64,000 nt of DNA from Auanema rhodensis (Eukaryota; Animalia; Nematoda), in NCBI GenBank assembly GCA_964057225.1, contig OZ059896.1, forward strand, positions 6,448,001-6,512,000, written 5' to 3'. The translations under genes were made by a program, and so were the position numbers. Shown here piece after piece: positions 36,201-51,390 of the stretch (its first letter is position 1; every line of letters starts with the position of its first letter). The notes beneath the pieces were generated by a model. The model searched no databases. It saw only the letters and a program-made list of their open reading frames with translations, and was not told where the DNA came from.

Positions 36201-39200
36201 ATTTCATATATTTCCTGAAGATCGTAATAACAATTTTTCAGTTTATAGCGGACGGCTTGTTTCGTTCGCTCTCAAAAATTCTTGCCATGATCATGACAAT
36301 TTTGAAAAATATCATAAACAATATTGCAACAGTTCTCTCATACGACTCCACCAATAGTTGAAATATTCTCATACTTTTAATTATAATTTCGATGACTATA
36401 CGGATTTTCCAATATATATATATATATATATTTACTTTCAAAACAAAGAGTTTTGTATAAACCTTACTAAAATTAAAACAGAATTAGTATGATTGGAAGA
36501 AGTAAGTCGATTTTAACAAGAAAGTCGTTAGTTTTTACCCAATTTACCGAGTATATCCATAATAGAAATGTTGAAAAGAGAGAGATTTAGCAATTAGATA
36601 AAAAAATAGATAGAAACAGAAAGTAATAGTGTAAGAACTTAGGTAGATAGAATAATAGATACAATAGATGATTGATATAGAGAAAGAAAGAGAGAGTTTG
36701 AGTTTGAAAACTATATATATATATATAGTATAAGAGGTGAAAAATGAAGAAAAAGAAGCAACTAACACAATGGCTTAGTGGGAGATGTTGTAGAGATGGG
36801 AAATTGAAATCTCGTGGGACTATACATCCCTCCATTCTGTGAAGAAGCCTAAAAATTATCGAAAAAGTCCACCGGTCAAAATTTCATTTGTTAACTACAC
36901 CAGAGATTTTATGAAATCTATTTATTCCTATAGATGTTTTTATTTTATTTATTCGATTTATATATGAATATATATTTGAATATCTTATATAAATGTAAAT
37001 TTTAAAATAAAAGTTTGTAGTTGTGGTTAATCAATTACTTTTTATTTGAAAGGTAAATAGGACTTTTATATTATTATATTATGCTAACAAAAGGCGCAGT
37101 TTCACAGGTGATTTGTCATATAATATTGAAATTTCTTTTAAATTCCTCTATGACAATATAAAATTTATTTTTATAGTGAAGTTATTCTTGAAAATGTTCG
37201 ACTTTCTTAAGTCTTAGATTCATTTGATTCAATTTTCATTGATTATTCGTATAAATCTAAACCAAAAACTTTTTCGCAAGAAGTTAAAATATTTTTTGTT
37301 TTTGTTTTTTTGAGAGGAAAAAAAATAATATAAGATCTTCTTTTTAACAGTCTCACATTTCATCTAATTCTCACCAAGCTCATCCCGATTTTTGAATTCC
37401 GAACTGATCTTACTATGCGCCAGCTTCATTTTTCAACTTGTCACAGCTTATTGTGTGCATAGTTCTGACCTATTTTTCAAAGTTCTTTTAAAGAATCGCC
37501 TTTTATTATTTTCCTTACACAAATGTCGTTCTTGTTCTCTTTTTTTGATACTTTCTTTGCTACTTAACTGCACTTCGACTTGCCATCTTCGACCGTTGTC
37601 AGCTTTCTTTTCTCCTCTGCTCTGTTCCAATTGTCGGTGTTTCCTTCAATGTATTTACATACACGAAGACAATGTTAACGAGAAACAAGAAAAGTGTGAG
37701 GTTTTTGGTAGTAAATTGCTTTTGCGCAAGAGTACATTGAATATATTATGTATGCTGATAGGATTCACATATAAAACATACATATTTAGTTGAATAGAAG
37801 GATATGATTATACATAAGAACTAAGCAGAAGATATTTAGTTTTATAAAAATAATGTTTATATTTATATTTTTTTAATTTGAAATATAATGTGTCAACAAA
37901 TAAACTGAATATAATTATATTTGAATATTATTAATAATTAGCATAATACATATCATTTATGTTTTCTCCTTTTAGTATTTGGAAGAAGCTTTTTTCAAAA
38001 TCTTAATTGGCATATTCAAGTATGTTACGTCAATTAGCATAAAATATGTCATATCATATTGATTAACTAAATCATTGTATTTCGTATATCCTTATAATAT
38101 ATCATCATTTATTTGTTAGTCAACAGTGTAAGAAAGTTGATTGTCTAACAACTTGTTATCAAAATAACAAGAGTCCCATTAAATTTGTTCGAAAATGAGT
38201 TACCGATCACGTGAATATCATGAACGAAATAATATACTTAGGTGAGAAAACTATTTTATTTATGTTTATTTTATGTTTATTATATAATATATTAAGAAAT
38301 ATAAGTATATATATTATATAAATAAATATATATATATATATATGATATAGATACATGCATTGCTATCTATATACAGCTAGCTTATCTTAGGAAATCTAGT
38401 AATGCTAATGTTTTATTCTAACTTCTCAAGTTGCTAGCTTTATGGAGACGAACACTTAAGCAACTAGCCTTAGAGTGAGAGGGAATGGGTCTGCTCTTCA
38501 TTCCACTGCATTTTCTTCAGCTGTTTTGTGTTTTTTCAACCTTCATAACATGTTCCAACAGAATCTTGTCAGCGGAATAATAAGAGGAAGTAGCTCTGCA
38601 ACTCTGATCCAATTTTGTTGATTTTTTTTTGCTTTTTTATGTTTTGTCATTGTTAGAGACTTGAGCAGTAGTTGCGCGGCTTCTTTTCTTAATTTTTGAT
38701 CAATTCAAATTATGTATTAAAGCAGTTTTTTGTATTTATTCTTGCCTTTTTTGCTCTAACTCAATTTCCATCGAATTCAAATTTATTCTGTCAGCTTTTT
38801 ATATTCGAAATATCGAGTAATTGTTTGTTTTTCTCGATGCACGATAGTTGCCAGTCGTAAGGTGTTTAGATTACGTCAACTTTCTGGACACGAGGAGAGC
38901 TTCTTTTGAGTTATGAAACTGTATAATGTTCTCATACTCTCCCATGATGTGTATATATCCATGATATCGTGTCCGTTGACATCCGTCTGGAAATTCTTCT
39001 ATTACTTTTGATGTGATAAAAGAAAAACTGAAAATTAGTTGAAAAGCTAAGATAACATTCAAAAGCAATAAATAGACTTATCGATATTATATTTCGAATT
39101 GTTTTACTTAAGTTATTTAACATCGATTAAGCTATATTATTGGTAAAAATGTAAATTCTGTTTGAATCAATTCTCTCAATAGATGTCTTCTAAGCTCAGA

Positions 39201-39512
39201 TCGTACATTCTTCATTGTCATTACTTTCTCATTGAAGAAAACATTCTCTCTAAATATTTTTTTAATGTTTTGTTATTGTTTTAAATATTTCATATGAACA
39301 TAATGACTTGAAAGCTTTTCTTTTATACATTCGGTGTCGCGTTTATGCACTTGGTGAATTTTCGCGCTTGTTTTGTTTTGAATAAACTAAAAAAATAGAA
39401 AGAAACAGAGTATATAGTACGCGTTTAATACAAGAAGACTAATAACTTTAATTGATAACGTTTCAGAAGCAATGCAAGCGGACAACGGATAGTTCACCAA
39501 CAAAATAGAAAG

Positions 39513-42500
39513 ATGTTCGATTGGCTTTGTCTACCATGTGCATCATGCACTTCATACAAGAAGGTACAGTCTTTTATTTTTATTTTTATATAATTATTCA
39601 TTTAATTCTGTTTTTCTTTTAAGTTTTTATAATCTTGCTATCATAATTTATTTCGTAATATATTAAACTTTCAACTATCTAGTCTATACCTTAAAAGCTG
39701 ATTCATATAGTCTATACTATGTATGCTTATCGACTCAAATTTTCTTTGCAATTTCATGCTTTCGATTGATACAACTATAAGATGTATGTAAGATGTTACT
39801 TTCTTCGAATCATGCATATCATCAGTTTGAAACTTATTTCTTTTAATGCGTGTGAGCCTGTCCATTTCTAAGCAATGCGGCAGTTTTTTTTAAATCTTTT
39901 TTTGTCAACTTTCTTCTTTATTTTTTGTAAGTTTATTCGAATATAGTTAGTGTCGGTTTGAGGCTCAGTTTTTAGAAATGGCATTCTGCTTTTCGTAGCC
40001 ATTTCACTAATGAATGAAGGCATCGCACTCATTTACGTAGAACATAGTTTCTTTGATTTTGAGTATGTGAAATGATTTCGTCTCCTAAAACTGAAATACG
40101 CGTACAACGACTGAAAAAGCAATGTCTATTTTTGTCTTTTTGACTCGTCTTTTATACTAATTTGACTAAGATAGTTTTGTGAAAAGTCTGCAGCTTACAT
40201 TTGCATTTTCTCAACTATGTTACTGCTCTAATTTGTATAAACTTTTATAAAAAATTCCATCGTTTGTATGAAAGAAACCGAAAAAAGATTTTCTTGATCT
40301 ATTGTTTTTGAGACATCAAGAAGTGTTTTCTGTCAGCAAGATCTTTTTAATTTTTTTTACATTTATTTTCGAATTTTCTTGAATCTTCCTCCTTTTTTGT
40401 GAAGCAACATTAAAAAATCTCATTGAATATACGTTTGTCATACAATAAAATATTCGCATGCTGAACATTTTTTGATCTTATTCTCTTTCTCTTCACTATT
40501 TTGGTTCTTTATTTTTCAGTCTTGAAAAATTGCAATAGTTTCCCAAATTTGTTTAGCCATCCAATTTCCGTTGAATCTCGTTGTTTTTAATGAAAATACC
40601 GTTTGCTTAATGCTCAAGACAGAGTTTCTGTTTCCTTCGGAATTCTTTACCATTTTTTCCTTTTCCTTCATCTTCCACTTTTTTATTTTTCTCTTATATA
40701 GAAGTTAGGATTGGGAATTCATTCCTTCACTTGCCTACTATATTAAGTTTGATGAGCAATCGTTCTCTTCATTGACTTACTTTACTAACCTAAATAAAGT
40801 TCAATTTAATTATTTGAAATCAGACAGCTGCTTGAACTTTCTTAATTCTTTTTTTATCTTTTGATCAAATTTATCAAACGTGGAACAGTACTCACTTCAT
40901 GTCGTAAAGGTGAATCTAATATCAGTTTTGTTTATCTCTCTCTCACACTCTTGGTATTGACCGGTAGTTGTTGAATTCTCTTTATGATTGCTTCCAGGAT
41001 TCAATATGCTTCTTTACAATGCTAGATTGAAATCCGGATAGATTCAGCTTTCCAAAATAGCTTGTCTATTCATCACCTGTGTGCAATGGGAAACGAGAGA
41101 GAACAGCTTGAATTGGTCATGATAGCTAGTCAATCATGTTATCGCTATAGAGTTATTATCTGTGCACAACATTAGCATCAAACATTATTTTTTTGAAATT
41201 CAGTATTGAAATAATGTGTTTTTCTTCTGATATATCGCTTGATGTGTACATTTCGTATTAAGAAGGTACGTATGACAAGAATAACGGAAACGCGTTATTT
41301 CTAAAATGATCAGATAAAACCAATGTATCATCTTTTAAGCGTTCAAATATGGTTCATCTTTATTTCCAATTTCGAATTCTATAATAATTTTTTATTGGTT
41401 TTAATGAATCTGATAGTAGTTTTACTTAAAATTCAAATACATTTATGTTTCATTCTGTTTGCTCCTCTTCTCATACTCTCTTTCACTTTCTTTTTCAAAT
41501 CCTCTCTTCCCTTCTTTCTCTTATTCTCTCCTCATTTTGTGAAATTCTGATAAGTTGTCTTTTAATTAATTTTTTTGTTGGAAAATTGTGAATTCCAATG
41601 GGATTTTAAAGATCAGTCTCTAAGCCAATTTTGTCACATTCGCTTTAAGCTTTGCCATTTCGATCTCTTTTTTTTGGAAGATATTTCCAATTTTTGTCAA
41701 AATATTTTTTCTAAATGACTATAAACTAATAGATATATTTAATTATGTTTAGTAGTTGTTTCATAGGAAATGAAATGTAGATAGATAAAAGTACCATTCA
41801 ATTTGAATTAAATTCCGCAAGTTTTCTGTCGTTTTTTTTGCATTTTCTTCATTGCTTCAGCATACCGATTGTCACTAATAGATTTCGGTCATGTTGTTAC
41901 ATCTGTCATGACATTTTGCTCTTTGCCCGTGTTCTCGTTATCCTTCAGCAGCATATCTTTACGTCCTACACCAGCATTTTGCTTGTTGTATTAGTTAATC
42001 TAACCAACACATAGTTACTGCATCTTTAAACCTTAACATAATGTTTATTTTGCTCTGCTACATGTTGTTGTGTTTGTATAAGATGTGTAGATTTGATAAT
42101 CTAAGAAGAACAGTTTCATCTAATCCAAAAGATTTCAATATTGAGCAGTTTTGAAAGAACTATACATTTAGAATGCTCATTTACAAATATTTCAATATTC
42201 CAGATATTTTTTTATTTAGTTTTCTTATTATTTATTTAAATCTATTTCATCTCATAAATATCTATGTATTCATTCTCACATTTCACATTTCAGGATAACG
42301 AACTCATTTATACTAAAAGTGTCACAGCATCTGCAGCATCTCAAAACGCAAGTTCTCCAATCATAGTATCGAGTGGCAGTCTCCTACGTCGCCGTAGTAA
42401 TCGGACAAAAAGTACCGATAGTGAAAAGCAGGTAAGATGCTTAATATTCTTTCTTTGTTTTTGTCGGCAACCCATTAATCTTTAAGTTGTTAGTCTTGAG

Positions 42501-44925
42501 TTGTGCTCATTACTTCAAAGCGGAATGTTCAATTCAATGTGTTTAAAATTATTTTCAAACAAATGAAGGGCAAATAGTATGGCCATGAGATGTAGTTTGT
42601 ATGAGTGAGGTTTAAATACCGGAGGTCGCTTAGCCGTTCATATCGTCTTATATGCATGAGTGTTTTATTTTTCAAACGACAGTCCTCTTCATGATATATG
42701 TATCTATTTGTTTTTTTTTCTTCACCAAATCAATATGACTACTGTGAATAGTTCAAATTTTATCCATTTATGACTAGTTTGGACTTCAAAATTGTATTTT
42801 AATTCAAGTAATGTTAGTGGGTAATGAATGTATTTTAGAATAGGAAGTGGATAAAGAAAGTCTTTAGAAATCAGTGAGAAAAGGGATAATAAGGAGGAAA
42901 AATCTAAAACTATATGTAGTCTTTATGATGCTAACCTTCTTCGAATGTTTAAGCATGCTCACAGACTTATGAGGTTATTCCATAAGTATGCTTCATGCTG
43001 ACTTATCTATTGGAAGTAGTCTTTGTTCGACTTCTTTATTATTCTTTTGCTCTCTCATTCTCTCTCTCATTCTCTCATTTTTTTTGTTAACGTGTATGCA
43101 TGTTCATGTGTCGTCATTCTCATATCGCTCATTTAACCACATACAAATGACCATTTTGCAACTTTCTCAGCTTTTCGCTCAGTTTTAGTCTTATTTGGGT
43201 TCTTTTTGTATTTTTCAACAATCTTTTTATACCATGATATGCAACACTATTACGATTATTAACTGATTGTCTTTCTGAATATATAACTTCTCAATCTGGA
43301 TGATTCATCCAGATTGAGAAGTTATGGCTTATCGACTGTTGCTTGCTCAATTCGTTTTTCAATATATTCCATCATCATCACCTCGAAATTCTCCTCGTTC
43401 CGATTGTCAGCCTCCGTCTCAACTGTCTTCTCTGTTCTGTTCCGCTAGCTTGAATATAAAGCAGTGGCTGTCCTGCAAACATGCTTGACAGCTGACCTAC
43501 ACGTACTTATCAGGTACTGATTCAGCAGCTGACGACGTCATTGCTGATCATCAGATCTTTATGTAGTTTACTTGCACGCCGCCTGGCTGTCTGTGTTTCT
43601 CAGCTTATTTTTCTAATATTCTTCCGCATTGACAGTAGTAGCATTAAATATTATGAAGATTTTTTCATCTATTTTATCTATTTTACATTATTAATAGTTT
43701 TAACTTACTTTATTTTCTTCATAATATTTCTATTGACTACGAGTTTCCTTGGAATCTCGGTAATGATATGATAAATAGGGTCCTTGAGCATTATTTTCAT
43801 TGAGTAGAATTTATTGATCATCTTTAACCTTATATTCTAATCCACCTCCAAGAGGTCATTCCGGAGCTACGAGGTACCAGCCATTTACCGCTCTTCAAGT
43901 TCTGGTTTCTCTCATGCTCTTCACAGTGTTATAACAAAACTTAACTGAATATTCTACTAACTATATATACACTGCTACTAATTTTTACTTCAATCGTTTT
44001 TGCACTTTAACCATTTCATAATCAGCATCCCCTTTGTCTTATATCTGTAGTATGTAAAAGGAAAAATAAGAAAATGTGAAATTCTTTTAATTTTTGTACA
44101 CGAATAGTATTTGAGTTATATTACATTTTTTCTTTTCTTTATTTCTATGTTTTTCATTGCTTTGGGAGATTCACAAACGTTTTTAAAGTCGTCTTATCTA
44201 TGTGTGAGATGAGACTCGTCTAAACGTGTAAACAGGCTCATTTCATTTTAGTTTTCCTTTTCGAATTTCATTTCATTCTTAGTTAGTAGATCACAAAGCG
44301 TTACCTAAATCCCTCTAATAGGCTTTATAGCTTTGAAAATCGTTAATAATATTAGCTGACATGCTAGTTCATTAACTATGTGTATATTTGGCCACCTAAA
44401 AATATTTGGTTAGGTATTTATTTTTTTGTTGAGAATTTTTCCTCAAAGCAACAAGGAAATTTTGCTTTTTTGATGGTTCGCTTCTACGCTTTACGTGTTT
44501 AATGTGTTTCTTACCAACAGTCTTTTAGGGAATTATTTGAAAAAAATACTTTAACCTTTCATCTTATAATTTGATTTGTGGGACATTTTCCAGCGAACGT
44601 CTCACTGTCTTTAATCTATTTCAAAATATAGTCATTCGAATAGATTTGTTAATATTATTTTGTATTCTGTGATTTCTAGCTTACAGCTTCTATTCATTAG
44701 CCCTATTGATACGTAAAACTGCACTTTGAAAGACTATAAATTGCAATAACCAGACACCTTTTGTCTTTTACTAATCACATAATTCACCTTTGTTTCGTTT
44801 ATGAAATCACTTTTATATTCTATTTTTAGCAATCACAAGAAGAGAAGAAGATGCTTGTATCTAGTCGTCCGGACTCTGATGCTTGGTCCAATACTTCTCT
44901 AAACGTCACTTGCACTCCAAAAAAG
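39513..44925 (+). CDS. soc-2: Probable distal alternative N-terminal exons of soc-2 (39513-39563, 42294-42431, 44830-44925)
   Basis: Three open exons with good splice sites, all phase 0 (51, 138 and 96 nt): MFDWLCLPCASCTSYKK / DNELIYTKSV..RRRSNRTKSTDSEKQ / QSQEEKK..CTPKK. They are compatible with the phase-0 soc-2 acceptors at 51886 or 59892. Confidence 0.5.
43283..43325. repeat. 43-bp near-perfect palindrome
   Basis: ATAACTTCTCAATCTGGATGA-T-TCATCCAGATTGAGAAGTTAT: 21-bp arms around a 1-nt centre. Confidence 0.9.
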
Positions 44926-47900
44926 GTACGTCTTTTTTTTTGTTCTGCTACGGATATTTTGGGACTATTGAGACTTGGTAAACTATTAAGCTAGTTTATA
45001 TGATATTAATATAACATTCTGTTAATCAGCATCATTTTACGTTTGGTTAATACTAATTAATAGAACTTTACTAATTTTTTTATTGCAGTTTGAAATTTTG
45101 CATTTTTAGTATAATATTATATTATCAGAAAAATAATTCTTTTTATGATTATAGAATCAATTCATTGAGCCTAGAAGCAAAAAAAGCAAAAGGCTTAGTT
45201 TGTATATCCGCTGTTTTCTGATAGTGTTTTATTCTGGGAATATATATATATATATATATATATTGCGAGCTCATACATATACATACTTGTTCATTTGCTA
45301 TTCATCGCACCACTATTCTGATGACTTGAGTTCGGAATAGTTTCATCCATACTTGGCGAAAATTCTCTGCTACACATGCGCAGGCAACGATGGTTTTTGT
45401 GCTTTCATATGTCTCATTTTACTCATATTTGTCTATTCTTAGCAATACATTCATCTATTATCTTCATGTTCTCTGTTCATTCACTCTCTCATTTTCATAT
45501 TCTCGTTATCTGAATATTTCAATCTTCTATTTTTTCCTTTTCAACCACCGTGACTGTACTTATTTTTTTGCTACTTGTCTTCATTTTTTACTTCTCACCC
45601 ATTTTGTCTCTTCTTCCTCATCTTCGTGGGAAATCCTTAAAAGTTTTCTCATGAACATATATGAGATTGAGATCTTTGCAATTGTTTTACATCAAACATA
45701 TATAACATTCATATATGCACACAAACTCATACCCTATCCTCTAACGAAGCATTCGATAGTGTATTTAATTTTTTTTTCATTTCAACCTAATTATTTTGGG
45801 AAAAAATATTTATTGGGAAATAGATTATAACTAATTTACTTATTTTGATCAAAACGTTTTGTAAATTTCATACAGATGGCTTTGGTTTTATCTATTATAA
45901 GTATGAAAGACATATTTCAAATGTTGTAGTGTAGGGTTATGAAATCAAATATTTCAAAGTTATCATCTCACCACTTTGGAACATTGTTCTGGTAGCTATT
46001 GTGAGTCTACCATGTGTTTTCATGTTTATGAACTATGCTTTACTGATATGTTCAAAGATAGTTATTTTATTAATATGCTCTTAGTTATGAATCATATATA
46101 TGTACTCATCTATGCATTTATAATTAACTATTATTATACATTTTTATAGTTATATTGTTATATATTATTATTTTTTAACTTCAGTATATGAAGCTGAGTA
46201 AGTAAACCAATCACTACCAACTCAATTTGTCTACACTCTCTTGTTAGCCAATGCTCTCTATCTAGTTAATCTTTCTATATATATATATGTATATATAAAG
46301 ATATGCAGGAAAAGCTGATACTAAATGAGATGAACGGAGAATAAGCCTCAAAATATCAATATCTCCTATGGCTCCTCCCAATTTCTGATAAAAGTTTTGC
46401 TTTTCCTTTGCGGACATAGTTAGTAAATTTAAATTTTCTCTTTCTAATCTTGTGAGTAATGTTTCACGTAGCATCAATTTGGGATGCTTGGTTACATCAA
46501 AAGAAATGTATTTGCTGGTATTATTTGTAAGCGTAAACATATAATTCCATTTATTACGAAAGCTGTAATCTTGCTTGTTACTATTTGGGCAAAATACTTT
46601 CGTTTTATTCGAAAAATAGGCTGATCTTGATGAAATCCGTAAAGAGTTTTCAATCTATCATGTGATATATAATAATCTTAGAAATCGTCGCATGACGAAG
46701 TTCTCATTTTCCTATCTTATGGCTGGCATCGCAGAGAAGCTATTTAAGCAAAACCAAGGCATTTGCAATTATTATCTGAACATTTTTGAACTTTCTTTTG
46801 ATGATAGCACTCGTTTACCCACTATTGAAAAGCCCTTTTTAATAATTATAATTCAAATATTTCTTAAAGCATATTACTTCTATTATATTGACAGTTGTTC
46901 AGTTTTATTTTTATAGTTATTATACATATTACTAAGTATTTTACCATACCATATATAACTAATAATGTTCATCAATCAGTCGCACTGATAAAAGTTTTGT
47001 ATTAAAGTATATATTATTCTCAAATTTATTCTATTAATACTAGTTTCCAAATATCTTGCTCGCTCCGGTTGCGTGTGTCCTTATGAAAGTTCAAAAGTGA
47101 TGGTCAATATATTTAATATGCTATGTGTTAATGAACGCGATGATTTTTGACATTTATTTTTGCAATCATAATGATTCTATTTATAATATTTGAATCTTTC
47201 CTGACGTGACATCGAAAAATTCATTCGTTACTTATATGGAGATTCTTCTATTACTTAAATATATATTTATATAATAGTAATAATGAAAGTAATAATTTGA
47301 GTAAGGCGTTTCCATTTGTTTGGACTAATAAAATGCTCATGCTCATGCTCATTACCATTACCATTACCAACAAGTTTTCCATTGAAAAAAACTTCCTGAA
47401 AAAAAGGATAATCTGGTCTTTTTTAAGCCTGAAATGTTTTTTTCAAATGATCCAAATATACAGCAATACATATATATATATATATATATATGATTGAAAG
47501 ATGATTTGTTTCATACTAAAGAAAGGATTGAATGTAACTACAAACGAGCTGCATAATAATGAATAAGAAAGGCGTATTCTTCCGCTTCGAGTTGCTCAAT
47601 TTCTTTTGTTTTGTTCCAATTAAAGCCATTCTTTTGCCAGGGTAAGATATCCCTGTTTCTCGTTTTCAATCATTGAATTTTTACTTGCCTACTATAAGTT
47701 AATGCAATCATCAAAATCATTATAATTTCCTGTTCATTTCATTTATTTCTGTGCTCTTTTGCTTTTACTATCTCTCAGTTTCGCCCTCATTCCCTGTTCT
47801 CCTTTTTTTCTTTGTATCTCTCGTTTTCTACTCCTCTCTACTCACCTCGTTTTTCCTTCAGCTCCACTGAAAAAAAAACATGATGTGCCAATACTTTCAT

Positions 47901-50900
47901 CGAAATAACGTTGGAGGAATCTCATTAGCGTTGGAAGCCGCAGTCTTGCTTAAGACATTTCTCAGAGCAAGACCTCATTAAACATCCCGCTTTACTTTCT
48001 TCTGATGCTTGGTTGAATACCATACTTTCTTACAAAATTCTTCTGTCTAGCTCTTCACCAAGTTGATTTAAACAAGTTTGAAAAGCACGCATATATGTTG
48101 CGATTTATAGAGCATTTTCACAATCTTGAAATGAAAATGAATGAATCAAATTCATTTTAGCAGTTCTCGAATTTCCTCCGCTAATTTGATTTTATATCAT
48201 TTTTTATTCAATATTTTTGATATCTGTTGAAGTGATTTAGAGAATTCATAATCATAGATTTGAAATTGAAACTTTTTTTTTAATGTTTGCAAGTAATTTG
48301 ATCATTTTGTCCGTTTAGCCTTATGATATCAAATTTTTCTGAACAATTAGTATCTTCATACGTTTTTTAATGTTATGCCGTTATGCTGTTAGGATTTTGG
48401 TATCTTTCTCAAATATTTTCTTTTCTCTTGCTTAGCTAATAATTTGCTTTCATAAATCATGTTGGAAGCAATAGTTAAACTACTCAAATCGATGTTTAAC
48501 CAACTAACTATCTGCTTCCTGATTGTCAATCACGATTTAAAAAATTATACCATGACTACTAATGTTATATGATATATAAGTATTCATCTGGCCAAATCTG
48601 AAATAGTCTTCTTGTTTCTGTTTATGAATAAATTAACTAGAAAATTAGTCATATACTCTTAGTTTCTTTGAAAATCAAGTATATGATGTCAGTCATATCC
48701 TCATGCATTTCTAATGAGTTTCATTAGAATATATAGGTCTATTCTGTGTTCTCTGTTAGGAATTGGCAACTGATTTTGAGGGATTATTCTATATAAGAAT
48801 GAAAATAGATAAGAGAACAGTTTTGCCTAGTTTTCCATATTGTCGATATTTTATGTTGATCATTTTTATTTTTTTTGTTTCTATGTTTCTGCATTATATG
48901 CTTCTAGCAATCATTCTAGCTTGCCTATTCTATCATAATTTACCACGTAACTTTGTACGAAAATGTGTTGCTGTCATGTTCGGAAATTCCATTCTGTCCA
49001 ATGCAGCTTCTTCCTTCGTTCTATTTTCTCTTTTCTTTTATTCTCTCTTATGAGTGTGCTCTCTCTTTTCTTGTTCCTCTCTTTTTACAATCTATTCCTC
49101 TTCGTGTGTCATCTTTATCTATGCTCTCTGTTTTTTTTACCAGCTAAGAAATCCTTTTCCGAGAGAAGATGATGCAAATTTCCGTTTTTTAGCCACTTTC
49201 GCTGATATTTTACTGCACTTTACTTGTTCAGAAGAAAAAAAAATTGGGCTTGTTAGCGAGATGAGCACTTAGGCATTGAAAAAGATACATGTTTCTATGC
49301 AAGAACTTTGATTCTTCATACTCGAGAGTGTAGTTATTACTAAATGTTTCAAGTCATCAGTATTGCAATGTTTGATGATTGTGCACATACGATGTCTCTT
49401 TTTCGGAGTTTTATGAAGCCCACTGACTTTGCAGATAGATTGTATAAAACGCAAGCTTCATGTTGGACTGATAGCTTTTTCTCATTGTGTTTTGAATAAT
49501 CCTTTTCTATTCTGGTATACTGGACTAATCTGGAAACCAAGCTTTGGATATGCTGTTTCAAATTATTTAATCTTCTTTCCGTTGCCCTTATTTTCTCTTT
49601 CTCAACGAAATTCCAATTTTGGTTTCGGAGTCTTTACGAGGTTGGTGCTTGCGGCAGCTGCTCTTCGTTATTCTCTCTTTTTCCCTCTCTCCCTCTCTCT
49701 TTCTCTCTCTTTCTCTTTCTCTCTCTCTCTTTCTCCACCTCTCTCTCACACTGCCCAAATTCTTCTTCTTTCTTTCTTACCTTTTCTCTCTCTCTCCATC
49801 TATATATCTGTCTATCTAACTATCTAACTTTCTAACTATCTCTGTAGCCTTTTATATCTTTCATCCTGTCATGAACCTCTCCAGAATTTTATAACTTTTT
49901 TCATTCGTTATTCATCCGTTTACTTTTGTCTATATATTTTATATCCTCATACTCTATTAAGTTCTCATTTGATGATGATCACAATCATCTTCATCTTTTT
50001 ACTTTTCATTTTATTTTCTCCTTTCTCTCTCTTTCCCTCTTTCTCTATTTCTTTATCTCTTTCTCTTTTTCTCTTTTTCTTTGTATGTTATGTCCTGCCC
50101 TCTACATATATGTATATATATATATATATATATTTACATATATTAAATAATTACGTCTTGCCCGTCTTTCTCTTTCTATTTCAAAATCTAATTCCTTCTC
50201 TCATTTTTTTTGTTCTTTCAAATTTGTAAGTCTTCTTTTTGTAACTCGAAAAATATTCCGAAATCATATTTTAAAATTTTCTATTTTTATTCATATTATA
50301 TGATTATTTTACAACAAAAAAAACCTTTATTAGTATTATTTATTAATTATGTGATACATTTATTGAAATACTCACCCTTTTTATTATTTCGTTTTTGGTC
50401 TTTTTTTCGACTATGCTATACAGGTGGAATACTTCAAAGTTCTCAATTAAACGAAAAGACGAAAGGGTCCCATCAGGGAAAAATGAGTTGTTCAAACTTT
50501 TATCGCAATTTGTAGACAAATGTTTTATGGTCACAATCAAAATAAGAAATTGGAAACAAACGTTTCTTTCTAACTTTTTTTTGAACATGTATCTTTAATT
50601 TTTTTAATATTCAAAAGAATTTCATTTAATTCTCAGACATTTCCAGCTTGAATAATTTGAAAACATCTTTTTAATTTATGCGATTTCAATATAAATCCTT
50701 TTGTAGCGTTATCAAATTCATTCAAGCATCAAATGAAATAGTATAATTTTTTGCTATTTTTCCATTCCTAGTTTATTTCAGATCGTTACAGACGATCAGA
50801 TAGGAAAATAAGAGGGGGGGGGTGGAGTAGAAATTGATATGCTTTCTAGTAGTTTTCAGTCAGTAATAGCCTTTTGTTTTTGCTCATTATACTATGCATT

Positions 50901-51390
50901 TTCAAATGTGCTGCCCCATTTACGTGAAATAAACAGTCGATATTTTGTTTTCAACAGCTAATTTTATTGATCTCCTCACAGATAGAAGGTGATACGTATT
51001 GAGTATAATAGTCTAAAGGAGACACAGAAGTTGGCATTGTGTAGAAAGCCAATAGAAAGAGAGAATTTAAATTTTTTTGATTTGGTGAAAAAAATTACTT
51101 TGCTTCAACTCTATTCCCCTCAGGCTCAAAACTCGGAAGAAGTTTTATTTGTAAATTTTGCGTTCATTGTTCACTTCTATAGTTTTTCGAAAAGTTATGC
51201 TTTCCCTATCCGAAACTTGCACTGTTAACGTCGGCAGACTTGATGCGGTTTTATTTCCGGGAGTGCTTTCCACTTTGTTTTCATGAAACTTATATCTCTC
51301 ATGTCATTCTCAATTTTTTATATCTATCTCCTTTTATTTAAATGTACTGTATTTCATCGTTACGCATTGTAAATTCAGGAGATTTATAAT

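Noticed and set aside
35900-39120. Coding-like minus-strand scraps (36238-36441, 38871-39123)
   Set aside because: Multiple stops, no consistent splice model and no recognisable family.
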